Shown here: piece after piece, positions 53,437 through 62,848 of the stretch | Layout: each line of letters starts with the position of its first letter | Numbering within the stretch: the stretch's first letter is position 1 | Source of the DNA: an uncultured Candidatus Saccharibacteria bacterium | Lineage (GTDB): Bacteria; Patescibacteriota; Minisyncoccia; Phycocordibacterales; DATDWN01 | Assembly: GCA_964576615.1 (NCBI GenBank) | Contig: CAZNUU010000004.1 | Location: 4,663-68,662, forward strand | Direction: 5' to 3' | DNA length: 64,000 nucleotides | Notes under the pieces: generated by a model | The model's input: the letters and a program-made list of their open reading frames with translations, nothing else | Told to the model about the DNA's origin: nothing | Database searches by the model: none | Translations under genes and position numbers: made by a program

Positions 53437-53591
53437 CTCGAAGAATTGTCGGAGGATTTCTCGTCCTCGGTGCGATCATTATGGGAGTCATTCAGTATCG
53501 AACAGACAATCGTGATCTCATCGTGATCGGTGGTCTCACACTCGGTGTCGGGCTCATTCTGCTCTTCCCCAAAAGACAAGGCGTCTTGTAG
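53433..53591 (+). CDS. GC-rich 52-aa two-TM membrane peptide, second gene of cassette H.
   Basis: The protein reads MTRRIVGGFLVLGAIIMGVIQYRTDNRDLIVIGGLTLGVGLILLFPKRQGVL. Confidence 0.45.
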   Translation: MTRRIVGGFLVLGAIIMGVIQYRTDNRDLIVIGGLTLGVGLILLFPKRQGVL

Positions 53592-53856
53592 CCGGTCAGG
53601 CAGAAGCTTGCAAAGCGAGTTTCATAGCTTGGCCGGTTTTCTGCATTTAAATACTTGAGTGAAAATACTCTTTTATAAAACATTGCACAGGAGCTTAGAA
53701 AATAAAAGCAAATTAGAAAGCTGAAGGCATTGTTTGAGCGTAGCGAGTTTGCCGAGAAGCTCAGTCTAATTTGCGCATTATTTTCTTGAGCGACGAGCAT
53801 GGTAAAACTTCAGTAGAAGTTTATACGCGTTTTGCAAAAGAGTATTTGAACGACTA

Positions 53857-54972
53857 TTAGCCCTCGGCTTCCATCCCACCAGTACCTGGAACCATTGATC
53901 CACCGTTTTTCTTTAATCCAGCACGGATTTCTTTTAATATTGAGTCAGCAACTTTTTTATTTTCTTTATCTTTCAAAAATTGTCGTGTAGCATCGTAACC
54001 GCGGCCAAGTTTAACTTCACCAAACGAGTAGCTTGTGCCAGTTTTAGAAATTATGCCCATTTTCTCACCTAGGGCAATAAGTTCACCCTCACGCGAAATT
54101 CCTTCGTTATACATGAGGTCAAACTCTGTTTGTTTAAATGGTGCTGCCACTTTGTTTTTAACAACTTTAACTCTTATGCGTCCACCCATGACTTCTTCAC
54201 CTTTTTTTATTTGGGCAATTCGGCGGATATCTAATCGAACAGATGTGTAAAATTTGAGAGCTTTTCCGCCTGGAGTTGTCTCCGGATTACCAAACATTAC
54301 TCCTATCTGCATCCTGATCTGATTGAGGAAAATAACTATTGTTTTAGACTTGGCTACGATGGCGGTTAATTTGCGTAGAGCTTGAGACATTAGTCTGGCC
54401 TGCTTACCAACATGATGAGCTCCCATATCTCCCTCGATTTCATCTTTTGGTGTCAGAGCCGCAACAGAGTCAACAACAATTACATCGATTTTCCCGGAGC
54501 GAACAAGTGAATCCACGATTTCCAGGGCTTGTTCGCCATTATCCGGTTGAGAAATAAGTAAGTGATCTATATTTACACCGATTCTCTTGGCATATTCTGG
54601 ATCCATAGCATGTTCTGCGTCTATGAAGGCACAAATACCATCTTTTTTTTGAGCCTCGGCTATTACGTGAAGTGAAAGTGTTGTTTTACCAGATGATTCC
54701 GGCCCAAAAATCTCAATTATCCTCCCACGTGGCAGACCACCAACTCCAAGTGCCGCATCCAGACCAATTGACCCAGTTGATACTGCGTTTATATCGACAT
54801 GTGGCTTTTCGCCGAGCATCATGATGGAGTCATCGCCAAATTTTGTTTTTATTTCGCGAAGGGTATTATCAATGCTCACTTTTTCACCTCGACTAGGCAT
54901 TTCCCCGCCTGCGCGGGCAGTTTTTTCTGATTTTTGTTTTGATTTCATTTTTTTAGGATTTCGTTGAGCCAT
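53857..54972 (-). CDS. recA: Recombinase A.
   Basis: The Walker A motif [13 protein letters not shown] is present. [36 protein letters not shown] is present. The start was set at MAQRN (complement 54970-54972). The longer ORF would run through the repeat element. Confidence 0.9.
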   Translation of the reverse strand: MAQRNPKKMKSKQKSEKTARAGGEMPSRGEKVSIDNTLREIKTKFGDDSIMMLGEKPHVDINAVSTGSIGLDAALGVGGLPRGRIIEIFGPESSGKTTLSLHVIAEAQKKDGICAFIDAEHAMDPEYAKRIGVNIDHLLISQPDNGEQALEIVDSLVRSGKIDVIVVDSVAALTPKDEIEGDMGAHHVGKQARLMSQALRKLTAIVAKSKTIVIFLNQIRMQIGVMFGNPETTPGGKALKFYTSVRLDIRRIAQIKKGEEVMGGRIRVKVVKNKVAAPFKQTEFDLMYNEGISREGELIALGEKMGIISKTGTSYSFGEVKLGRGYDATRQFLKDKENKKVADSILKEIRAGLKKNGGSMVPGTGGMEAEG

Positions 54973-55060
54973 AATTTTTCTGGCGCCTTGGGAGCGCGAC
55001 GGCGCGAGCACGAGGAATTTTCTAGCAAGAAAATATCCGTGCGCAAGAAAAATTATGGGG
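54969..55060 (-). repeat. Copy 4 of the conserved-core element, in reverse orientation. It is flanked by an 18-bp inverted repeat with 1 mismatch. The recA start codon lies inside the element end.
   Basis: ccataatttttctggcgc lies at 54969-54986 and gcgcaagaaaaattatgg at 55043-55060. The core is the reverse complement of acggatattttcttgctagaaaattcctcgtgctcgcgccgtcgcgctcccaag. Confidence 0.7.
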
Positions 55061-55082
55061 AGAAAGAAATCCGATTAAACTT

Positions 55083-55436
55083 TTAATATTCCTTTAAAAT
55101 CACTTGTAGTTTCTTTTCAGTGTAAGTTTTGAACTTATCACGTGCGTCTAGTTTTATTATATTAAGGCCAGGCGACAGAAGCAACTTCTCCTTAAAGTAG
55201 CCATTTTTATCCGTAAATATGGGTCGATCGTCAAGGTTTAGATACGCGGCATTCTGGGCACGGCCTTCTATTTCAATAAGCGTCTGGTTGTAAACCGCAC
55301 CATCCTGCGGAGTATTAACTTGGATCACTGGACCAGTTAGAAGCTTTTTAGCTTGAAACAATGTATAGCCTACAATAATAACTACAAATAACGAGATTAG
55401 GGTTAACCTAATAATAGTTCTAGCATTTCTGGTCAT
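55083..55436 (-). CDS. Small membrane-anchored protein of unknown function.
   Basis: An N-terminal TM segment (LTLISLFVVIIVGYTLF). 117 aa. Confidence 0.4.
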   Translation of the reverse strand: MTRNARTIIRLTLISLFVVIIVGYTLFQAKKLLTGPVIQVNTPQDGAVYNQTLIEIEGRAQNAAYLNLDDRPIFTDKNGYFKEKLLLSPGLNIIKLDARDKFKTYTEKKLQVILKEY

Positions 55437-55438
55437 AT

Positions 55439-57649
55439 TTATTGTGGTTCTTCCGTTGTCGAAGCTGTTGCTCCAATGACTTCTCTTGGCTTTGCCCCTG
55501 ATCCAGGTCCAACGACTCCACGTTCTTCTAGCATGTCAATTAATCTAGCTGCTCTAGCATAACCAACTCCTAGTTTTCTCTGGAGATACGAAGTCGAGGC
55601 CTTGCCCGCCTCCAAGACAGTTTGTTTTGCCTCCTCGTACAAATCATCATCGTCTTCCATACTTTCGTTTTCTAACGTCGCCTCAAAGATACTATTTTTC
55701 TCCACCTGCCCGGTAATGTTTATCTCGCTAGGTATTTCGTCAGCATACGTATCAACCAAGTACTTCACGACCGCTTTTGTTTCTGTTTCTGATATGTAAG
55801 CTGATTGAATTCTGGTCGGTTGGGACATTTCACCCGAAAGATAGAGCATGTCGCCGGCACCCAAGAGCTTTTCAGCTCCGCTCATATCCAAGATTGTTCG
55901 AGAGTCGATCTGGGAGGCCACTTGAAGTGCAATACGTGAAGGAATATTGGCTTTAATAAGACCGGTTATCACGTTAACAGACGGTCTTTGAGTTGAAAGA
56001 ATGAGGTGAATTCCCACTGCTCGGGACATCTGAGCAAGTCGAACAATTGTGGCTTCAAGCTCTCTGGGATAGGCTGACATAATATCTGCAAGTTCATCGA
56101 TGACGATGACGATATACGGCATAGTATCGATTGGCTTATCATCTTCACTTTTTTTGCCCTTAGCCTTTTTTAGCTCTGGTTCCAAAACATTTTTATGATA
56201 CGAAGCAATATTTTGAAGCCCTTCTGCTTGTAGCACGTCGTAGCGTCTGTCCATCTCTTTGGCCGCCCACTTTAAAGCCAGAATGGTTTTCTTTGCATCA
56301 GTAATAACTGGAGTAAGTAAATGTGGAATTTTATTATACAACGTTAACTCGACTCTCTTCGGATCAATCATTATAAATTTTAAGTTATCTGGGGAATTTC
56401 TGTATAAAAGCGAAGTGATAAGTGCGTGAATTGTGATGGACTTACCTGAGCCTGTAGCTCCGGCAATCAAAATATGAGGAGCTTTGGCTAAGTTTTCAAA
56501 ATAGGAAATGCCAGAAATTCCTCGGCCAAGCGACATTAGAAGTGGTTTATCTGAGTTCTTAAAATCATCTGTATCTAATAGTGTACCGAGCCCAACTGTG
56601 GTTTTTATACTGTTTGGTATTTCGATTCCAACTAGTGATTTTCCCGGAATTGGGGCTTCTATTCTGATTGGATGTGCAGCTAAGGCTAAAGACAAATCAT
56701 TCTGAAGTCCGACTATTCTAGAAAGTTTTACTCCCTCAGCTGGTTTCAAAGCATATCTGGTTATGGAAGGTCCAATTGAGATCTCATCCATCTCCACATT
56801 TATGCCGAAATTGGCTAAAGTTCTTTTTATAATATTTGAATTAGCTTTAATATCGCCAACTCCAGGTTTGCCCTTATCACCTTGTAGCAGCGAAAGTGGT
56901 GGCGGAGTATATTCTCTGTTCCATAGGAGTGGACTTATACCGAACTCGTCTTTCTGGGTAGATTTCTGAACTGGCGCAACTGCTGCCTCGGGTGGGGGTT
57001 CACTTTTTTGAAAGAATGATTTTGCAGTTTCAACTACAGGATTCAACTGCTCCGGATTTGTTATTAATAATTCTGGCTCAGCATCCTCCCCTTCTTCCAA
57101 CTTCTTTTTTCTAAAGAGTGAAGTGAGGAGTTCAATGTTTATTGTTGCATCAAATATTACCAGAATAGAAATAACAATAAGCGCAATCAGGATCACAATA
57201 CTTAGGGGAGTATCGAATAATTTAATGAGTGGGGAAGAGGTGTAACTTCCAACCAATCCTCCCTTATCTGGCATGGAAATACTGATAAGCGAAAGGCTAG
57301 AAATAAAAAAGATTAACCCTCCGATGCTATGTGTCAGAGCCAATTTTTTGTGAAGTGAACGTAAAAATGAGATGCCGAGGATTACAAATAAGATAGGCAA
57401 GAGGTAGTATCCGACACCAAACAGATAATGAAAAAAGCTATAAGTTTCCGCACCCACAACACCACCTTTGCCTATTGGCCCAGAAGAGAGTACAAGAAGC
57501 ACGCTTAAGACAAAAAAAACAACTGCTGATATAGCTCTCATGGTCTCATCTCGAAGGTAATTTCCAAGTGATAGTTCCGACTCACTCTTGCCCCGTTTCT
57601 TATCAGCCTTTTTTTGTCTTGCCATCCTAGATATTCTAACAGATTCCAA
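55439..57649 (-). CDS. ftsK: DNA translocase FtsK.
   Basis: An N-terminal membrane domain is present. The Walker A motif HILIAGATGSGKS is present. A C-terminal gamma (winged-helix) domain is present. Confidence 0.9.
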   Translation of the reverse strand: MESVRISRMARQKKADKKRGKSESELSLGNYLRDETMRAISAVVFFVLSVLLVLSSGPIGKGGVVGAETYSFFHYLFGVGYYLLPILFVILGISFLRSLHKKLALTHSIGGLIFFISSLSLISISMPDKGGLVGSYTSSPLIKLFDTPLSIVILIALIVISILVIFDATINIELLTSLFRKKKLEEGEDAEPELLITNPEQLNPVVETAKSFFQKSEPPPEAAVAPVQKSTQKDEFGISPLLWNREYTPPPLSLLQGDKGKPGVGDIKANSNIIKRTLANFGINVEMDEISIGPSITRYALKPAEGVKLSRIVGLQNDLSLALAAHPIRIEAPIPGKSLVGIEIPNSIKTTVGLGTLLDTDDFKNSDKPLLMSLGRGISGISYFENLAKAPHILIAGATGSGKSITIHALITSLLYRNSPDNLKFIMIDPKRVELTLYNKIPHLLTPVITDAKKTILALKWAAKEMDRRYDVLQAEGLQNIASYHKNVLEPELKKAKGKKSEDDKPIDTMPYIVIVIDELADIMSAYPRELEATIVRLAQMSRAVGIHLILSTQRPSVNVITGLIKANIPSRIALQVASQIDSRTILDMSGAEKLLGAGDMLYLSGEMSQPTRIQSAYISETETKAVVKYLVDTYADEIPSEINITGQVEKNSIFEATLENESMEDDDDLYEEAKQTVLEAGKASTSYLQRKLGVGYARAARLIDMLEERGVVGPGSGAKPREVIGATASTTEEPQ

Positions 57650-57714
57650 AATGATGGGAAATTTTAGTTAGAATAGAAATAATAGGATATGTAAAGTAGG
57701 GAAGTCTTGATTCC

Positions 57715-57818
57715 GTGTCCTTTAAAGCATATAATAGACATGACCTTGACGATATAAAAGACACGTGATATTATAAAGGACATTTAAGGACAGTCAAATT
57801 TATAAAGGACATTTAAGT
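57715..57818. promoter_or_regulatory. Operator-like repeats upstream of the regulator gene. Two direct 17-bp repeats are accompanied by an inverted partial copy.
   Basis: tataaaggacatttaag occurs at 57772-57788 and again at 57801-57817. The inverted partial copy gtgtcctttaaag lies at 57715-57727. Confidence 0.45.
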
Positions 57819-57836
57819 TAGCCATATAATGCACAA

Positions 57837-58547
57837 ATGGAGCAGGAAAAAAACTTGCCAGTTCAAAAAGTAGAAAAAAACCTCGAGCCAGTCTCATTTT
57901 TTGAGAATGATGCTGATTTTGTATTTGCCTTCAAAAAGACAGAAAAGTTAGTTTCTGCCATATACATGGTTACTGGTTTGTTTTCAGAAAATGAACCAAT
58001 GAAGTGGGCTCTAAGGAAGAAGGCTTCAGATCTTTTGTCTTTTACTGCTACATATAAAGATACTAATGAACACAGGGGTGCAGATTTTGTGTATACACTT
58101 AAGAGTCAGGTGTTGGAGGTGGTTTCTTTCTTAGAGGTCTGTTTTAGAGGGGGAATGGTCTCTGAAATGAATCTATCTATTTTAAAACAAGAATTTGTTA
58201 GCGTTGTATCAGTATTTGAATCTGGGGTTAGTAGAACTAGAGTCTCACACAGAACTGTCATCACACCTAGTTATCTTAAGGTTGATCCTGTAGTAAAGGA
58301 CAAGAGAAGTTATACGGAGGAGATAAAGGACAGTGTACCTGTCGAAACCAATTTCAAAAGATCGAACAGACAAAACATTATCCTCGGGTTGCTCAAAAAG
58401 AAAAAAGAACTAACAATTAATGATATTGCTGAAGTTATAAAAGATTGTAGTGAAAAAACTATTCAAAGAGAGCTTATCTCTTTTATTGCTGCTGGGGTAA
58501 TAAAGCGAACTGGTGAGAGGAGATGGAGTAAATATTCCTTAAAATAA
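57837..58547 (+). CDS. Putative transcriptional regulator. It has an unknown N-terminal domain and a C-terminal winged helix-turn-helix.
   Basis: The C-terminal LTINDIAEVIKDCSEKTIQRELISFIAAGVIKRTGERRWSKYSL is winged-HTH-like. Confidence 0.45.
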   Translation: MEQEKNLPVQKVEKNLEPVSFFENDADFVFAFKKTEKLVSAIYMVTGLFSENEPMKWALRKKASDLLSFTATYKDTNEHRGADFVYTLKSQVLEVVSFLEVCFRGGMVSEMNLSILKQEFVSVVSVFESGVSRTRVSHRTVITPSYLKVDPVVKDKRSYTEEIKDSVPVETNFKRSNRQNIILGLLKKKKELTINDIAEVIKDCSEKTIQRELISFIAAGVIKRTGERRWSKYSLK

Positions 58548-59137
58548 GGCTTTTTTGGTGTTTGTAACTAAAAGATCGTCTTTACGTCTAAATGCTTGGT
58601 CTTCCTAAAGAATTATATAAAGTTGACTTTTTAAGCCATTTTATGAAATAATGGCTTAAATTCGTGGCCAAGCAATTTAGGTGTTTTATGACATAAAACG
58701 CTAAAAAAGCTATGGTTATCCACACGGATGTTTGAAAGGATGAACTCGAGAATATATAATACGTCTAATGCATGGCATTTGCTGTGCATAGACCCGTATT
58801 CTCATAATTCAGACCGAAAAAGTACGTTGACAATTTAATATGGATTTTATGCACGTTTTAGTGCACGCAGATATACTGTCAATCCCTTGACGAAAGAAAT
58901 CGGAAACTCAGTCCAAATTCGCATCTATCCGTCTTTTTTGTGTCGAGTTGCTCGGCTCTGCCTACATGTGGAGATATGAGTAAAATATAAAAAGGGCGGG
59001 TTAGTATGAAGATAAGATGAAGAAAGATCTTTCTCTTCTTATCTGGAAATTATAAGTTCGGTTAACCGTTTTCAATAACTGGTCTCGAATAATTATTAAT
59101 AGTAAAAGAGACAAGTTGTTTTATTAAAAACATATAT

Positions 59138-62100
59138 ATGAATCTAAACAAATCAAAAACTGCAAAGTTGGCTGCCGGAGTAGTCGGACTTGCTATGGCG
59201 GTTTCAGTATTTATGCCAGTAATGGCTTCTGCTGATACAGCTTCAGATTTGCAAGCGCAAATCAATAGCTTAATGGCTACAATCGCTTCGCTTCAAGCAA
59301 AGCTTGCGGCATCGACAGGTGGCTCAATGTCAACTGGCTACACATTCAACGTAAACTTGACTGTCGGTAGTACAGGAGCAGATGTTATGAATCTACAAAA
59401 GGTTCTTAACATGTCTGCAGACACACAAGTTGCAGCTTCAGGTACTGGATCACCAGGTCATGAATCATCATACTTCGGTGCTCTAACAAAGGCCGCTGTT
59501 GTTAAATTCCAAACAAAAAATGGAATTTCTCCAGCTGCTGGTTATGTAGGTCCAATCACTCGAGCGAAACTTAATTCAATGGGCGGTGGTACAACCACAG
59601 TTCCTCCAGTAGGAACAGGCGCTCTATCAGTTTCAGCTGGAGTTCAGCCTGCTAACTCGCTTGCACCTCAAAGTGCAGCTCGAGTTCCTTTCACAACAGT
59701 TGTCCTCACAGCAGGATCAGCTGATGTGACTGTAAACTCAATCACAGTTGAAAAAGCTGGCCTAGGTCAGGATGCTGTATTTAGTGGCGTCGTTCTTCTA
59801 AGATCAGACGGTACTCAAATCGGTATCGCAAAGACACTTAACTCAAATCACCAAGCAATGGTTGGTGAACCATTTGTGGTTAAGGCTGGTACTTCAATGA
59901 CAGTTACAGTTGCTGGTAACATGGCATCTTCTCTTGCAACATATGCAGGACAGGTTCTTGGTCTAAACGTTGTCGCAGTTAACGCTGCCGGCACAGTTTC
60001 AGGCTCTCTACCTATAAGTGGTGCAATGCATACTATCAACGCAACACTTACACTAGGTTCAGTTACTGTTGGTACTTCTTCTTATGATCCTGGTTCATCC
60101 CAGAGTAAGGAAATTGGTACAACTGGTTACAAATTCGCTGGCTTCAGACTTACAGCTGGTTCAGCTGAACAAGTAAGACTATGGTCAGTAAGATTTAACC
60201 AAACAGGTAGTGCTGCATCAGGCGACCTTGCAAACGTAATGGTCGTTATCGATGGCACATCTTACCCAACAACAGTTTCTGCTGATGGTAAGTACTACAC
60301 AGCGATGTTCCCAGGCGGACTACTTATTGATAAGGGTCTTTCTAAGGACGTCTACATTCAGGGTGATATCGTAGGAACAGGTGCTGCAGGACGAACTGTA
60401 AAGTTTGATCTCTACAAGCAAACTGATCTATACGTATCTGGAGTAACATATGGTTACGGAATTACACCTCCAGCAGGTTCAAACTCTGTAGTTACATGTT
60501 CAACTACCCAGGCTTGTGGTAACTTCACTACAGGTACACCTTGGTTCCAAGCAAATATACTTACAGTTTCAGCTGGTTCGGTTACAACAATCAACAAGGC
60601 AACATCAGTGCCTTCACAAAACATTGCTGTAAACGTTCCTAACCAAGTTCTCGGTGGATTTACAACAGATATTAAGGGTGAACCAATATCAGTACAGTCA
60701 ATGGTCTTCACTATTGCTACAACTGGTACATGGACATCTTCAACTGGCATTACCAACATCACTATCGTCGATTCAAACGGCGCAGTTGTTGCTGGTCCAA
60801 TTGATGAGGCTACATCTTGTACATCTGGTTGTTCAATCACATTCACTGACACAGTTACATTCCCAGTTGGTCCAAGGACTTACACTTTGAAAGGTAAAAT
60901 CCCTTCTGGTGCACCTAATGGAGCAACAGTTACAGTTTCGGCTACACCTTCATCAGGTTGGACAAACGTAACAGGACAAGTTACTGGAAACACAATCAGT
61001 CTCTCAGGAGCTGGTGCGTTCTCAATGAATGCTATGACTGTTAAAGCAGCCGCTCTATCGATTGCAGTATCAGCTACACCTGCTGCTCAGTCAGTAGTTG
61101 CTGGTTCTCAAGGCTTCGTATTTGCTAACTATCAATTCGATGCTTCTCAATCAGGTGAAGATCTAAGATTCTCATCTATTGGACTTCTGTATGATGGTGC
61201 AAACCAAAGCTTAGCTGCAGATCCATCATCCCAAACAGCTTGTCAGTTGTTCGATAGCTCTACAGCTTTGAACACTGGTTCAAACACTGTTAACCCAACA
61301 AATGGTGGTACAGCAACTTCGTCTAACACAACAGGTTACTCATCTACATTCACGTTCGATCAATCTCTCGTAGTTCCAAAAGGAACTGTCAAGACTTTGA
61401 CTCTAAAATGTAATGTATCTGCTTCGGCAAACAGTAACTCTGTATTCCAGTGGGGCATCGCTGCTTCACCTTCGATCACAGTCACTGGCGTAACTTCTGG
61501 AAACACAGTTTCATCAGTTGTTACTTCATCTAACGGTCAGGCAATGACAGTTGCTAATGGTTACCTAACAGTAACTACAGATCCGTCATCACCTTCATAC
61601 GCCGTTGTTGCAGGAGGTACAACAGGAAATGTTGTGGGAGTTTACAAGATTCGTGCATCAAACGATTCTGTAAATCTAACAACACTTGGTCTTAAACTTA
61701 CTAACACAGCTTCATCTTCAGCTTCTGATCTAGTTCAGGTCACAGTCTGGGATGGTGCTACTCAAGTAGGTTCAGCAGTCTTCACAGGTAGTAACACAGT
61801 AGCTACGTCAACATTGACACTAGCTTCACCTTCTGGAGTATTGCTTACAAAGGACACAGATAAGCTCTTGACTATCAAGGCTGATCTTACAAATATCGGG
61901 ACTTCACAGCCTGGTACACAAGGTCACTTGATTGCAATTGATATAAACGCAAACGACACAACAGGTACACAAGGTACAGGTATTGGCTCGGGTGCAACAA
62001 TCAACCTTGCAACTTCAGGTTCCACAGCTTCAACAGCTGTAGCTGGAGTAAGAGTCTTTAGGTCATACCCAACATTCGCTAAATTATCAGTACCTACAAA

Positions 62101-62680
62101 CACTCTAAACAATGGTACTCAATCATTGTTAAGATTTAAGGTCACTGCTAACGCAGCTGGTGATGTCGGTATCTACAAGTTCACATTGAATGTTGCTACA
62201 TCAACTGCAACTGTAACTAACATCAACATAAAGGCTTACACTGATTCAGGCTTCTCAACACCAGTTTCTGGTTTGAGTGCTGACGGATCGATGCTTGTTA
62301 CACCACTTACGGGTACAGCATGGGCTGCATCAAACACTGATCTAGAAGTATTTGCACAGAATTCTTCTGCTGCCTCTACAACAGTTCAGGTTCCAGCAGG
62401 TCAGACACGTTACTTTGATGTAACTGGTACTGTCGCCGGCGCCGCAACAGGTGCTTCTGTACAGACCCAACTTCAAGGTGATGCTGCTTACCCAGTCAAC
62501 CAGTATGTATCTAACTTTATGGCAACATCAACTGCTGTAAACAACGATACAAACAACGACTTTATCTGGTCACCAAACGCTACATCAACATCAGTTGTCT
62601 CATCTAACGACTGGACAAACGGATTTGGTCTAGTTGGTCTACCAGCAGTTAACATGTCACCAGAGGTATTATCTAGGTAA
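59138..62680 (+). CDS. Large secreted surface protein (1180 aa). It has a signal peptide, a coiled segment, a peptidoglycan-binding-like domain and long Thr/Ser/Gly/Val-rich beta-sandwich repeats.
   Basis: The signal peptide is MNLNKSKTAKLAAGVVGLAMAVSVFMPVMASA. The PG_binding_1-like block is GADVMNLQKVLN...YFGALTKAAVVKFQTKNGISPAAGYVGPITRAKL. Confidence 0.55.
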   Translation: MNLNKSKTAKLAAGVVGLAMAVSVFMPVMASADTASDLQAQINSLMATIASLQAKLAASTGGSMSTGYTFNVNLTVGSTGADVMNLQKVLNMSADTQVAASGTGSPGHESSYFGALTKAAVVKFQTKNGISPAAGYVGPITRAKLNSMGGGTTTVPPVGTGALSVSAGVQPANSLAPQSAARVPFTTVVLTAGSADVTVNSITVEKAGLGQDAVFSGVVLLRSDGTQIGIAKTLNSNHQAMVGEPFVVKAGTSMTVTVAGNMASSLATYAGQVLGLNVVAVNAAGTVSGSLPISGAMHTINATLTLGSVTVGTSSYDPGSSQSKEIGTTGYKFAGFRLTAGSAEQVRLWSVRFNQTGSAASGDLANVMVVIDGTSYPTTVSADGKYYTAMFPGGLLIDKGLSKDVYIQGDIVGTGAAGRTVKFDLYKQTDLYVSGVTYGYGITPPAGSNSVVTCSTTQACGNFTTGTPWFQANILTVSAGSVTTINKATSVPSQNIAVNVPNQVLGGFTTDIKGEPISVQSMVFTIATTGTWTSSTGITNITIVDSNGAVVAGPIDEATSCTSGCSITFTDTVTFPVGPRTYTLKGKIPSGAPNGATVTVSATPSSGWTNVTGQVTGNTISLSGAGAFSMNAMTVKAAALSIAVSATPAAQSVVAGSQGFVFANYQFDASQSGEDLRFSSIGLLYDGANQSLAADPSSQTACQLFDSSTALNTGSNTVNPTNGGTATSSNTTGYSSTFTFDQSLVVPKGTVKTLTLKCNVSASANSNSVFQWGIAASPSITVTGVTSGNTVSSVVTSSNGQAMTVANGYLTVTTDPSSPSYAVVAGGTTGNVVGVYKIRASNDSVNLTTLGLKLTNTASSSASDLVQVTVWDGATQVGSAVFTGSNTVATSTLTLASPSGVLLTKDTDKLLTIKADLTNIGTSQPGTQGHLIAIDINANDTTGTQGTGIGSGATINLATSGSTASTAVAGVRVFRSYPTFAKLSVPTNTLNNGTQSLLRFKVTANAAGDVGIYKFTLNVATSTATVTNINIKAYTDSGFSTPVSGLSADGSMLVTPLTGTAWAASNTDLEVFAQNSSAASTTVQVPAGQTRYFDVTGTVAGAATGASVQTQLQGDAAYPVNQYVSNFMATSTAVNNDTNNDFIWSPNATSTSVVSSNDWTNGFGLVGLPAVNMSPEVLSR

Positions 62681-62715
62681 TCAATTTACTCAGAGATACT
62701 AAGTTGACATAAGTC

Positions 62716-62748
62716 GCAAAAACCACCCCGAGAGGGGTGGTTTTTGCT
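62716..62748 (+). terminator. Hairpin followed by a T-run.
   Basis: caaaaaccacccc-gagag-gggtggtttttg. Confidence 0.65.
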
Positions 62749-62848
62749 ATCTACAATTTATTAACATTTTGTCAACAAAATTACTTCCTACAAAACTCCA
62801 TGTGATGGATAATTATAAAGTTTAAATTATTCATTCTTTTTAATCCTT

